Part shown: in pieces, positions 39,914 to 51,585 of the stretch | How the letters are laid out: every line of letters begins with the position of its first letter | Position numbering within the stretch: the stretch's first letter is position 1 | Assembly: GCA_963828255.1 (NCBI GenBank) | Contig: CAWHDZ010000017.1 | Location: forward strand, 128,001 to 192,000 | Direction of reading: 5' to 3' | Origin: an uncultured delta proteobacterium | Lineage (GTDB): Bacteria > Myxococcota > Myxococcia > Myxococcales > Anaeromyxobacteraceae | DNA length: 64,000 bases | Made by a program: the position numbers and the translations under genes | Notes under the pieces: generated by a model | The model's input: the letters and a program-made list of their open reading frames with translations, nothing else | What the model was told of the DNA's origin: nothing | Databases searched by the model: none

Positions 39914-41521
39914 GTGCCTTATGATGATCGCAAAGGAGGTCTCTTGCATCCCCACGAAGCGGTCGTCGCCGGCTCACCCGGGTTCGTCGATGCGCTGCTC
40001 CCACTCATCACCGAGCGTCTCGGCGGCGCCCCGCGCGTCGCCGACTCGCCGCTCCTCGCCTCGGCGCTCTGCCAGGAAGGGGCGCGGCTGCTCGTCTACG
40101 AGCACTGCGGCCGCGAGTGGCTCGCGCTCTGCGCCCAGCTGCGTTCGGCGGCCGGCCCCGAGCTCATCGTGGTGGCGGCGCTCCCTCCCGAGCACGCCGC
40201 CGACGTGGCCGAGATCTCGGCGGCCGCCAGCGCGGTGGTGGCCTGGCGCGGAGACGCCCGGCCCGTCCTCGAGGCGGTCAGCCGGGTCGTGGCCGCGCGC
40301 GACGCGCCGAGGTCGTCGGCGCCGGTCCGGCGCCCCGGGCCGGTCCTCACGCCCCAGCCCACGCCGGCCGTGCTCCGTCCGTCCCCCACACCTCCCCCGC
40401 CCGCCGCGACGCCCCGTCCGCGCCCGGTGATGGCGGTCCAGCCGGGCCAGGCGGTCCGCCCCGTGGCGGCCGCGGTGAAGGCTGCGCCGACGCCGGCGCC
40501 GCAGCGCCCCACGGCCGACCTCGCCGAGGAATCGGCATTCGACACCATCTTCGACGACGAGTCAGGCGACGACGGAGCCGGTGGCGTGGTGGCGCCGCTC
40601 CCGGTCGCCGAGCCTCCCCCGCCTCCACCCTCGGCGACGTCCACGGTCTGGCCGGGCACCGTGCTCTCCGCCGACGACGGGCTCGCCGTGGTCCGGGCGG
40701 CGCTGTCCGGGCTCTGGCCGGAGCAGCGGCTGCGCCGGGTCACCGAGAAGGTCGTGGCCGCGCTCTCCACGGCCGAGAAGGCGGCTGCACAGGGGCACAA
40801 GCTCCCCTTCGAGCCCGCGCCGGTTCGCCGCGCCGTCGGGCTCCGCTGGCAGGTTGCGGCGGCCATCGACGACCTCCCCGTGCCCGGCGCCCCGATCGAT
40901 CAGGGCGCGGTCCAGGCCATCCTGGGCGGCATCGACGACGTGCTCTCCGCCCTCAAGGAGCAGAGCGACGACGCCGGCCCCGAGGCCCTGCGCGCCATCG
41001 AGACGGTCCGTCACACGCTGGTCAAGGAGGCCATCGACCTGACCGAGGCGCTCCAGCAGGTCGCGCCCCCCGAGATGGTGGAGGAGATCACCACCAGCCG
41101 GAAGGTCCGTCGCGCCGGGGCCGCGCCGGTGACGCGGATGATCCAGAACACCAGCCAGGCCGATGCCGGGCCGAGCAACGTCCCCTGGGGGCTCGTGGTC
41201 GTGCTGGTCGTCGCGCTGGTCGCGGCGGCCGCCTACCACGGTTACCGCTACGTGAACCGGGCCAGGCCCTCGGTGTCCCCGATCACCGGTGCGCCGTCGG
41301 GGACGGTGGGAGCGGTGACTCCGCAGGGCAAGGTGATCGTGCTGCCGGCCGGAACCAGGGCCGACCCGAAAGAGATCGAGAGCTTCAAGAATCTGGAGAA
41401 GGCGAAGGGGAACACCGTCCGGGAAATCGTTCCGGGCACCTTCGTCGTGTCCCCGGAGAGTGCTCGTCCGGGCGAGAAGCCCGCGGCGGGCGGCGCAGCC
41501 ACACAGGGAGCGAAGCCATGA
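39914..41521 (+). CDS. Hypothetical membrane protein (degenerate receiver-like N-terminus, Pro-rich linker, helical domain, single C-proximal TM)
   Basis: Long ORF with coding codon bias; TM 'WGLVVVLVVALVAAAAY'; ATGA overlap with the pilin gene; start uncertain. Confidence 0.65.
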   Translation: MPYDDRKGGLLHPHEAVVAGSPGFVDALLPLITERLGGAPRVADSPLLASALCQEGARLLVYEHCGREWLALCAQLRSAAGPELIVVAALPPEHAADVAEISAAASAVVAWRGDARPVLEAVSRVVAARDAPRSSAPVRRPGPVLTPQPTPAVLRPSPTPPPPAATPRPRPVMAVQPGQAVRPVAAAVKAAPTPAPQRPTADLAEESAFDTIFDDESGDDGAGGVVAPLPVAEPPPPPPSATSTVWPGTVLSADDGLAVVRAALSGLWPEQRLRRVTEKVVAALSTAEKAAAQGHKLPFEPAPVRRAVGLRWQVAAAIDDLPVPGAPIDQGAVQAILGGIDDVLSALKEQSDDAGPEALRAIETVRHTLVKEAIDLTEALQQVAPPEMVEEITTSRKVRRAGAAPVTRMIQNTSQADAGPSNVPWGLVVVLVVALVAAAAYHGYRYVNRARPSVSPITGAPSGTVGAVTPQGKVIVLPAGTRADPKEIESFKNLEKAKGNTVREIVPGTFVVSPESARPGEKPAAGGAATQGAKP

Positions 41522-42015
41522 AGAAGAGGTCCGGCCGGAAGGCGAGCGGGTTCACCCTCATCGAGCTCATGATCGTGGTCGCGATCATCGGGATACTGGC
41601 GTCGATCGCCATCCCGGAATTCCAGAACATGACGCTGCGAACCCGCATCGCGGAGCGGGAGACCATCATGCGCGCCATCGCGAAGGGGGTGGAGGACTAC
41701 GCCCTCGGCGCCGCGTCCGTGCCCGCGGGTTTCCACGGCCTCTTCAACCCGGTGAACGACCCAGGGACCACCAAGAACCCCTGGGTCCAGTCCCGGGAGG
41801 GATGGAGGGACCTGCCGCTCATCGTCGAGGGGGCCACCTACTGCGCCTACCAGTTCACGCTCAACGAGACGGTCTCGCCGATCCAGCTCATCGTCACCGG
41901 AGACTGCGACATCGACGGCGACGGGCTCCACAACACGAAGATCCAGACCTACAACGGGTACGGAAACTCCTTCGTGCTGACCTCGGAGACACCGGCGGCG
42001 AACAGCATCTTCTAG
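41518..42015 (+). CDS. Type IV pilin-like protein (class III signal peptide)
   Basis: 'SGFTLIELMIVVAIIGILASIAIPEF'; C-terminal Cys pair and 'DIDGDG'. Confidence 0.88.
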   Translation: MKKRSGRKASGFTLIELMIVVAIIGILASIAIPEFQNMTLRTRIAERETIMRAIAKGVEDYALGAASVPAGFHGLFNPVNDPGTTKNPWVQSREGWRDLPLIVEGATYCAYQFTLNETVSPIQLIVTGDCDIDGDGLHNTKIQTYNGYGNSFVLTSETPAANSIF

Positions 42016-44411
<2,396 letters not shown>

Positions 44412-44540
44412 GCAAGCACCCGTTTTCACGGGGGGACCTTGCCCCGCCGCTCCGGTGCGTGCTAGGTCCCGGTACCCCGGCGGCCGCAGGCGCGGCCGCG
44501 GCCACGGGCAACCGGCGGTTCGAACCCGCCGCCCGACGAC

Positions 44541-47207
44541 ATGACGACCCTCCTCTCCCTCGACGAGATCATCCTCGCCGCCCAGAAGCCCTCCCGCTAC
44601 GTGGGCTGCGAGTTCGGAAGCATCCGCAAGGACCCGGCCACGGTGAGGCTGCGCTTCGCGCTGGCCTTTCCCGACACCTACGAGGTCGGGATGTCGAACC
44701 TGGGGTTCCGGCTCCTCTACCACGCGCTGAACGACCGGGCGGACGTGGCCTGCGAGCGCGTCTTCCTGCCCTGGCCGGACATGGAGGCGATGCTCCGCCA
44801 GAACGGCCACGCGCTCTTCACCCTGGAGTCGCGCGCGCCCGTCCGCTCATTCGACGTGCTCGGGGTGACCCTCCAGACCGAGCTCGCCTACACCAGCGCC
44901 CTCTGCCTGCTCGACCTCTCCGGCGTCCCGCTCCTCACCCGCGACCGCACCCCCGACCACCCGGTGGTGGTGGGGGGAGGGCCGTGCGCCTTCAACCCCG
45001 AGCCGGTGGCCGACTTCTTCGACGCCTTCGCCGTCGGTGACGGCGAGGACGTGGTCCACGAGATCGCCGACGCCGTGCTGGCGTGGAAGGGCAGCGGCGA
45101 GGACCGGGCCGGGCTCCACCGGCGCCTCGCCCGCGTGCCCGGCGTCTACGTCCCGTCGCTCTTCGCCCCGCGCTTCGACCCGGCGAGCGGCGCGCTCCTC
45201 GCGATGGACGCGCTCGAGCCCGGCTATGAGCGGGTGGTCCGGCGCGTCGTCCCCGACATCGACACCCTCTCCACCTCGGCCTACGAGCGCCCCGTCGTCC
45301 CCTTCATGCAGACGGTGCACGACCGGCTGCCCATCGAGCTGCAGCGCGGCTGCACCCGGGGCTGCCGGTTCTGCCAGGTCGGCATGATCACCCGCCCCAC
45401 CCGGCAGCGCAGCCCGGAGACGGTGCTGCGGGTCGCCGAGCAGGGGCTCAAGGCGTCCGGCTACGAGGAGGTCGGGCTGCTCTCGCTCTCCTCGGGCGAC
45501 TACGCCTCCCTGAACCCGCTCCTCGACGACTTCCTCTCCCGGTACGAGTCGGAGCGGATCTCCCTCTCGCTTCCCTCGCTGCGCACCGAGACCATGAACG
45601 ACGCGCTGGCGGAGAAGATCGCCCGCGTCCGCAAGACCGGCTTCACCCTGGCCCCCGAGGCGGCCACCGAGCGCATGCGCGCCGTCATCAACAAGGGCAA
45701 CCGCGAGGAGGACCTGCTCGCCGCCGTCGAGTCGATCTTCAAGAACGGCTGGTCGCTCCTCAAGCTCTACTTCATGATCGGGCTGCCCGAGGAGCGGGAC
45801 GAGGACGTGGTGGCCATCGCGAAGCTGGCCCGCCGCTGCCTGGGCGCGGCGCGCCGGGCGCTGCCGCCCGGAAAGGGCTCGGTGGCCATCAACCTGGGCG
45901 CGAGCACCTTCGTCCCCAAGCCCTTCACTCCCTTCCAGTGGGAGCCGATGATCACGCCCGAGGAGACCCGGCGGCGGCAGGCGCTGGTCACCGCCGAGCT
46001 GGGCGGCAAGAGCGGAGCCATCTCCTTCAAGCCCCACGACTCCCGCGCGGCGGCGGTCGAGGGGGTGCTGGCTCTGGGCGACCGGCGGGTGGGCACGGCG
46101 GTGCTCCACGCCTTCCGGCTCGGGCAGCGGCTCGACGGGTGGTCGGAGTGGTTCGACGAGGGGAAGTGGACCGCCGCCTTCGCCGAGATGGAGCGGGTCC
46201 ACGGCGTGGGGCTCCCCTGGTTCGTCTACCGCCGCCGCCGCATGGACGAGGTCCTCCCCTGGGACCGGATCGACTGCGGCGTGGAGAAGGCCTATCTGAT
46301 GAAGCAGCTGGCGGCGGCGCGGAACCTGGCCGAGGTTCCCGACTGCGTGCTCGCGCCCTGCAGCGTCTGCGGCGCCTGCGACTACGACCTCGTGAAGAAC
46401 CGGATCCACCTGCCCGAGGACTACGTGAAGGCGCCGCCTCCACCCCCGCCACACCGGGAGACGCCGGTCCGGACCCACGTCCGGGTCCGCTACGCGAAGG
46501 AGGGGAGGCTGGTCGCCCTCTCCCACCTCGAGGTGATGCACGCCGTCCTCCGGTCGGTCCGCCGGGCGGGGCTGCCGGTGGCCTTCTCCCAGGGGTATCA
46601 CCCGAAACCGCGCATCTCCTTCGGTCCGGCCCTGCCGGTGGGAGTGTCCAGTACCGCGGAATTCCTCGACTTGGAGCTCGTGGGGAACCACGAACCGGGC
46701 GCCGCAGGCCGGGCGCTGGCCGCCGCCCTCCCCGAGGGGCTGGCCTTCATGGACGCCCGGGAGATCGACGCCCGGGCTCCGTCCTTGTCTGAGTCCGTGC
46801 GCGCGGTCCATTATCGGGTAGAATTCCCGCAGGGTTGGAGCGCGGAGTCGCTCTCCCGGAGAATCGAAGATTTTCATGCGGCGGACCGGTCGGTGGTGCG
46901 CAGAGCCGCCCCACCCAAGGCCCGCGAGAAGAAGCGAAGCCAGAGATCGGCGGCACCGAAGTCGAAGGAGATCGATTTGAAGGAGTTGGTGACCCACCTG
47001 TCGGTCGATGGACCAGGGTGGGTCGCGTTCAGCTTGAAGGCGGATCCATCGGGAAGCGCCAAGCCAGCCGAGGTGCTGGCGGCCGTGTTCGGTGATGGAG
47101 CGCCGCCCAGAGGAGTCAAGGTCTTGAAGGAAGGCGTCAGCTTCGCGCGGGCGGCGGATGAGCCCCGTGGCTTCCAGCCGCGATCACCGCGCTACGCCGA
47201 CGCCTGA
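44541..47207 (+). CDS. B12-binding-type radical SAM protein (TIGR03960-like) fused to a radical-SAM-linked (DUF2344/TIGR03936-like) domain
   Basis: 'FPDTYEVGMSNLG', CTRGCRFC, 'CSVCGAC', C-terminal 'SHLE...FSQGYHPKPRISFGPALPVG'. Confidence 0.88.
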   Translation: MTTLLSLDEIILAAQKPSRYVGCEFGSIRKDPATVRLRFALAFPDTYEVGMSNLGFRLLYHALNDRADVACERVFLPWPDMEAMLRQNGHALFTLESRAPVRSFDVLGVTLQTELAYTSALCLLDLSGVPLLTRDRTPDHPVVVGGGPCAFNPEPVADFFDAFAVGDGEDVVHEIADAVLAWKGSGEDRAGLHRRLARVPGVYVPSLFAPRFDPASGALLAMDALEPGYERVVRRVVPDIDTLSTSAYERPVVPFMQTVHDRLPIELQRGCTRGCRFCQVGMITRPTRQRSPETVLRVAEQGLKASGYEEVGLLSLSSGDYASLNPLLDDFLSRYESERISLSLPSLRTETMNDALAEKIARVRKTGFTLAPEAATERMRAVINKGNREEDLLAAVESIFKNGWSLLKLYFMIGLPEERDEDVVAIAKLARRCLGAARRALPPGKGSVAINLGASTFVPKPFTPFQWEPMITPEETRRRQALVTAELGGKSGAISFKPHDSRAAAVEGVLALGDRRVGTAVLHAFRLGQRLDGWSEWFDEGKWTAAFAEMERVHGVGLPWFVYRRRRMDEVLPWDRIDCGVEKAYLMKQLAAARNLAEVPDCVLAPCSVCGACDYDLVKNRIHLPEDYVKAPPPPPPHRETPVRTHVRVRYAKEGRLVALSHLEVMHAVLRSVRRAGLPVAFSQGYHPKPRISFGPALPVGVSSTAEFLDLELVGNHEPGAAGRALAAALPEGLAFMDAREIDARAPSLSESVRAVHYRVEFPQGWSAESLSRRIEDFHAADRSVVRRAAPPKAREKKRSQRSAAPKSKEIDLKELVTHLSVDGPGWVAFSLKADPSGSAKPAEVLAAVFGDGAPPRGVKVLKEGVSFARAADEPRGFQPRSPRYADA

Positions 47208-47395
47208 GTGGAAACGAATTCTAGAGCTCGGCAGAGGGTCGCGAACTCCGCGACCCCCCCGGGCGCAGGGAATGCGAACGTGAGCATGAGCTCGACAGGC
47301 GATCCGCGGCCTCCGGCACCACCGGGGCGTCCGCGCTCGCGGCCCCACACGGGCCTCGCCATCCCTACGTCTGGACCGGGCAGGCGAGGTCCGAC

Positions 47396-49849
47396 ATGGC
47401 GGGCAACAGCATCCTGGTGATCAACGCGGCCGGCGCGGAGACGCGCGTGGCCCTGATCGAGAGCGGCACCATCCACGAGTACTACCTCGAGCGAAAGCGC
47501 GAGAAGGGGATCGTCGGCAACATCTACAAGGGACGCGTGGTCCGGGTGCTGCCCGGCATGCAGGCCGCCTTCGTGGACATCGGCCTGGAGAAGGCCGCCT
47601 TCCTCTACGTGGGGGACGTCTACGGCGACCCCGACTTCTCGGAGGAGTTCGAGCTCACCGAGGGCGAGCACTCCGAGCAGGTGCCCGACGTGCCCTCCGA
47701 GCAGGAGGCCGAGGAGCAGGAGGTGAAGGCGCTGGCGGGCGAGGTTCCCGGCGCAGACGCTCCCGCCGCCGAGGCCGTTCCCGGTATCGAGGCCCCGCCC
47801 GTGGTCGAGGCCCCGCCCGTGGAGGGCGGCGCCTCCGAGGCCGCCCCTCCCGCCGCGGCGGCCCCGGACTCCGAGGCCCCGGCGCAGAACGTGGACGTCC
47901 CCGGGGCCTCCGACGTTCCCGCCGCCGAGCCGTCCGCGGGGGACGGCGTCCCCGAGGTGGTGGTCAACGAGGCCACCGCCGCCGAGGTGGAGCCACCGCC
48001 TGCGGAGGCGGTCGCCGCGCCCATTCCACTCACCCAGGTCGTCGAGGCCGGCGAGCTCATCGCCACGTCCGGCGTCGAGGCGGCTCCCGAGGCGTCCGTG
48101 GACGTCCTCGGGGCGCCCGACGTCCCCGCCGCCGATTTGACTAAGAGTGAATCACAGGCCGCGGAGGGCGCCGCGCCCACCGCCGGGAAGTTCGCCGTCC
48201 GGTCGGAGTCGGCGCCCCGCGAGGCCCGCGGTGAGCGTGGCGAGCGCGGCCGCCGGGATCGCGAGGGAGGCAAGGAGCGCGAGGGAAACCGCGAGGGAAA
48301 CCGGGAGAGCGCCCGCGAAGGGCGCCGCGGCGGCGGCAGGAACGGCCACAACGGCCACCGCCGGGACGAGGAGCGCCGTCCCCGCGAGCAGAAGAACATC
48401 CAGGACCTGCTCAAGGAAGGGCAGGAGGTCATCGTCCAGGTGGCCAAGGACCCCATCGGCACCAAGGGGGCCCGCATCACGAGCCACATCTCCATCCCCG
48501 GGCGCCACCTGGTCTTCATGCCCACGGTGGACCACGTGGGGATCTCCCGCCGCATCGAGCGCGACGGCGAGCGACGCCGCCTGCGCGAGATCGTGGACCG
48601 CATGCGCCCGGAGGGCACCGGCTTCATCGTCCGCACCGTCGCCGACGGCGTGGAAGGGCAGAAGCTCGAGGCCGACATCCGCTTCCTCATCCAGGTGTGG
48701 AACGAGATCATCCGGACCAAGGACAAGGTGGGAGCGCCCGCGCTGCTCCACCCCGACCTCGACCTCATCCTCCGGGCCACCCGCGACCTGTTCACGTCGG
48801 ACGTGAACAAGCTGGTCATCGACGACCGCGACGAGCACGAGCGCATCCTGCGCTTCGCGCGCGAGCAGGCCCCGCACCTCGAGTCGCAGATCGAGCTCTA
48901 CGCCGGGCAGGAGCCGGTCTTCGACGCGTACGGAATCGAGCAGGAGCTGAAGCGGGCCTCGCAGCGCAAGGTCTGGCTGAAGAGCGGCGGCTACATCATC
49001 ATCGATCAGGCCGAGGCGCTCACCGCCATCGACGTCAACTCGGGGCGCTACGTCGGCAAGAAGAGCCTCGAGGAGACCATCACCAAGATCAACGTCGAGG
49101 CGGCCAAGGAGATCGTCTACCAGCTCCGGCTGCGCAACATCGGCGGCATCATCATCATCGACTTCATCGACATGGACAAACCCCAGAACCGGGACAAGGT
49201 CTTCAAGTCCCTGCAGGAGGCGCTGGGGCGCGACAAGGCCAAGACCAACGTCCTCAAGATCTCCGAGCTGGGGCTCGTGGAGATGACGCGCAAGCGTGTG
49301 CGCGAGTCGATCACCCGCATGACCACCGAGCCCTGCGGCTACTGCGACGGGAAGGGGCACATCCGCTCCCGCGTCACCGTGGCCTACGAGATCTTCCGGG
49401 AGATCCGGCGCGACTCGCCGAGCTTCCCGGAGCCGGTGCTGGTGGTGAACTGCCACCCCGAGGTGGCCCGCATCATCCAGGGCGCCGAGCGGGACGAGCT
49501 GCGCTACCTCATGGACCGCTTCAACAAGACCATCCAGGTGAAGCCGCAGACCGGCTACCACCAGGAGCAGTTCGACATCTACGGCCGCCAGGAGCGCGGG
49601 GAGGGTGGCGAGCCCGTCGGCGGCGAGGGACGCGGAGGCGGAGAGGGTCGCGGCGGGGGTGAGGGTCGCGGAGGCGGTGAAGGTCGCGGCGGCGGCGAGG
49701 GACGCGGCGGCGGTCGGGGCGAGGGTGGCCGCGGACGGCGCGATCGCGGCGGCAGGGGTGGCGGCGGAGGTGGAGGCGAGGGTCGCGGCGGTGGCGGAAG
49801 CGCCCCGCGTGAAGAGGCAGCCCCGGCCAAGTCCGGGGACCCGGCCTAG
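47396..49849 (+). CDS. rne: Ribonuclease E/G family
   Basis: 'GNIYKGRVVRVLPGMQAAFVDIG', 'KDPIGTKGAR', 'IDVNSG', 'LRNIGGIIIIDFIDM', CxxC. Confidence 0.93.
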   Translation: MAGNSILVINAAGAETRVALIESGTIHEYYLERKREKGIVGNIYKGRVVRVLPGMQAAFVDIGLEKAAFLYVGDVYGDPDFSEEFELTEGEHSEQVPDVPSEQEAEEQEVKALAGEVPGADAPAAEAVPGIEAPPVVEAPPVEGGASEAAPPAAAAPDSEAPAQNVDVPGASDVPAAEPSAGDGVPEVVVNEATAAEVEPPPAEAVAAPIPLTQVVEAGELIATSGVEAAPEASVDVLGAPDVPAADLTKSESQAAEGAAPTAGKFAVRSESAPREARGERGERGRRDREGGKEREGNREGNRESAREGRRGGGRNGHNGHRRDEERRPREQKNIQDLLKEGQEVIVQVAKDPIGTKGARITSHISIPGRHLVFMPTVDHVGISRRIERDGERRRLREIVDRMRPEGTGFIVRTVADGVEGQKLEADIRFLIQVWNEIIRTKDKVGAPALLHPDLDLILRATRDLFTSDVNKLVIDDRDEHERILRFAREQAPHLESQIELYAGQEPVFDAYGIEQELKRASQRKVWLKSGGYIIIDQAEALTAIDVNSGRYVGKKSLEETITKINVEAAKEIVYQLRLRNIGGIIIIDFIDMDKPQNRDKVFKSLQEALGRDKAKTNVLKISELGLVEMTRKRVRESITRMTTEPCGYCDGKGHIRSRVTVAYEIFREIRRDSPSFPEPVLVVNCHPEVARIIQGAERDELRYLMDRFNKTIQVKPQTGYHQEQFDIYGRQERGEGGEPVGGEGRGGGEGRGGGEGRGGGEGRGGGEGRGGGRGEGGRGRRDRGGRGGGGGGGEGRGGGGSAPREEAAPAKSGDPA
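49622..49711 (+). repeat. Five 18-bp coding repeats (GEGRGG)x5 at the RNase E/G C-terminus
   Basis: Synonymously diverged tandem units, e.g. ggcgagggacgcggaggc. Confidence 0.85.
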
Positions 49850-49855
49850 GTCTCC

Positions 49856-51148
49856 ATGGCGACCGACGGAGCGCGGCGCGAGGCCGACACCCGGGCGCCG
49901 TGGCCAACGGCGTTGCGGGCCGGTCTGGCCGCGTTCCGGGGTGAGGACCTTCAGCTCCGGGCCATGGCCCTCACCTACGTCTCGATCTTCTCGCTCGTGC
50001 CGGCGGTGATGGTCGTGGTGTCGATGGTCCGGTCGTTCCCGGACCTCGACCGCGTCCGCCTGCAGATCCAGGACTTCGTGACCACGAACCTCGCGGTGGG
50101 CGCCCGGGACAAGGTCCAGGCCTACCTCGACGAGTACGTCTTCGGGGCCTCGGCCATGACGCCGGGGCTGCTCGGCTTCGCGCTCCTCCTCGCCTCCGCG
50201 GTCGTGCTCCTGGCCCAGGTCGAGCACGCGGTCAACGTGATCTGGTCGGTCCGCCACGCGCGGCCGCGCCTGCAGCGATGGCTCACCTACTGGGCGGCGC
50301 TGACCGTGGGGCCGCTCGTCATCGCCGGGTCGATCGCCATCGCGCTCGACGCCAACGACCAGCTGGGCGCTCCGAGGGTCGTCGGGCAGGTGGCCGGGGT
50401 GGCGCTGACCTACGTCTTCTTCGTGGTCTCGTACCTGATCCTGCCCGCCACGCGCGTCCGCTTCTGGCCCGCGCTGGGTGGTGGCGTCCTCGCCGGTACG
50501 GCGTTCGAGCTCGCCAAGGGGGGCTACACCTGGGCCGTGACCCACCTCTTCCGCTTCCAGGCCGTCTACGGCTCCATCGCGGCGGTCCTCGTCTTCCTGC
50601 TCTGGGTGTACCTGTCCTGGACGATCTTCCTCCTCGGCGCGCGGTTCGCCTTCGTGCTTCAGCACCACCGCGCCCTGGTCGAGCAGGAGGAGCAGGGCAA
50701 TGCCATGGGGCGGGAACTGCTCGCGGTACGCGCGCTCCTCGAGGTGGCGCTCTCCTGGCGGGACGGCGCGCCGCCGCCCGACGCCGGCGAGGTGGCCGAC
50801 CGGATCGACGCGGCCGCGGAACCGGTGCGCGACGTGCTCTCGCTGCTCGAGGAGGCGGGCTTCCTCTCCGAGTCGGACGAGGGACGCCTCGTGCCGGCGC
50901 GTCCGCTCGACCGGGTGACGCTCGCCGACGTCCGTCGCGTCATCGCCGGGCCGCCACCGCGCGCGCCCGAGGGTGGGAGCAACGAGATGCTGTCGGCGCT
51001 CCTCGAGGAGGGGGAGGGGGCGGCCGTCGAGAGGCTGTCGCGAACCTCCATCGAGGACCTGTGCAGCGCGGTCCGGAACGCCCCAGCCTCGCCCCCGTCG
51101 GGGGGCGTCGCCGAATCGGGCGGGGCGTCCCCACGCATCCCTGTATAA
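49856..51148 (+). CDS. YihY/BrkB family membrane protein with C-terminal winged-helix (Rrf2-like)
   Basis: 'ALTYVSIFSLVP', 'YGSIAAVLVFLLWVYLSW.I.LLGA', 'VPARPLDRVTLADV'. Confidence 0.88.
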   Translation: MATDGARREADTRAPWPTALRAGLAAFRGEDLQLRAMALTYVSIFSLVPAVMVVVSMVRSFPDLDRVRLQIQDFVTTNLAVGARDKVQAYLDEYVFGASAMTPGLLGFALLLASAVVLLAQVEHAVNVIWSVRHARPRLQRWLTYWAALTVGPLVIAGSIAIALDANDQLGAPRVVGQVAGVALTYVFFVVSYLILPATRVRFWPALGGGVLAGTAFELAKGGYTWAVTHLFRFQAVYGSIAAVLVFLLWVYLSWTIFLLGARFAFVLQHHRALVEQEEQGNAMGRELLAVRALLEVALSWRDGAPPPDAGEVADRIDAAAEPVRDVLSLLEEAGFLSESDEGRLVPARPLDRVTLADVRRVIAGPPPRAPEGGSNEMLSALLEEGEGAAVERLSRTSIEDLCSAVRNAPASPPSGGVAESGGASPRIPV

Positions 51149-51227
51149 AGCTTGCCGAATTTCCAGGCCTCGGCTAGGCTTCGCAGCGGTTTCGCCCGGG
51201 TAACCCCCCGTAATGCGGAGCAACTCC

Positions 51228-51578
51228 ATGCTGAAGTCGGACCTCATCAACATCCTCGTCGTGAAGCGCGGCGTGACCCAGAAGCAGGCCGAGCTCACCA
51301 TCGAGACGATCTTCGAGTCGATGAAGGACGCCCTGTGCAAGGGCGAGAACATCGAAATCCGGGGACTTGGCGCGTTCCACGTCAAGCACTACGAGGGTTA
51401 CCAGGGGCGCAATCCCAAGACCGGCGAGGTGATCCCGGTCCGTCCCAAGCGCGGGATTCTCTTCAGGACCGGCAAGGAGTTGCGCGATCGGGTGAACCAC
51501 CCGGACGACGAGCCGGGCGCCGTTCCATCGGCCGCGGCGGCGACGGAGTCCTCCCCCGGGAGTGGCGGAGCGCAATAG
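51228..51578 (+). CDS. IHF/HU family DNA-binding protein (IHF-beta-like)
   Basis: 'IEIRGLGAF', 'GRNPKTGE', 'FRTGKELRDRVN'. Confidence 0.92.
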   Translation: MLKSDLINILVVKRGVTQKQAELTIETIFESMKDALCKGENIEIRGLGAFHVKHYEGYQGRNPKTGEVIPVRPKRGILFRTGKELRDRVNHPDDEPGAVPSAAAATESSPGSGGAQ

Positions 51579-51585
51579 CTCGGAT

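Noticed and set aside
44430..44540. Complete tRNA gene
   Set aside because: Only a T-arm-like hairpin; no D-arm, anticodon arm or 7-bp acceptor stem could be built.
46600..47300. Horizontally acquired island suggested by locally lower GC
   Set aside because: Lies within the continuous radical SAM fusion ORF and the rne upstream region; no mobility genes or boundary repeats.
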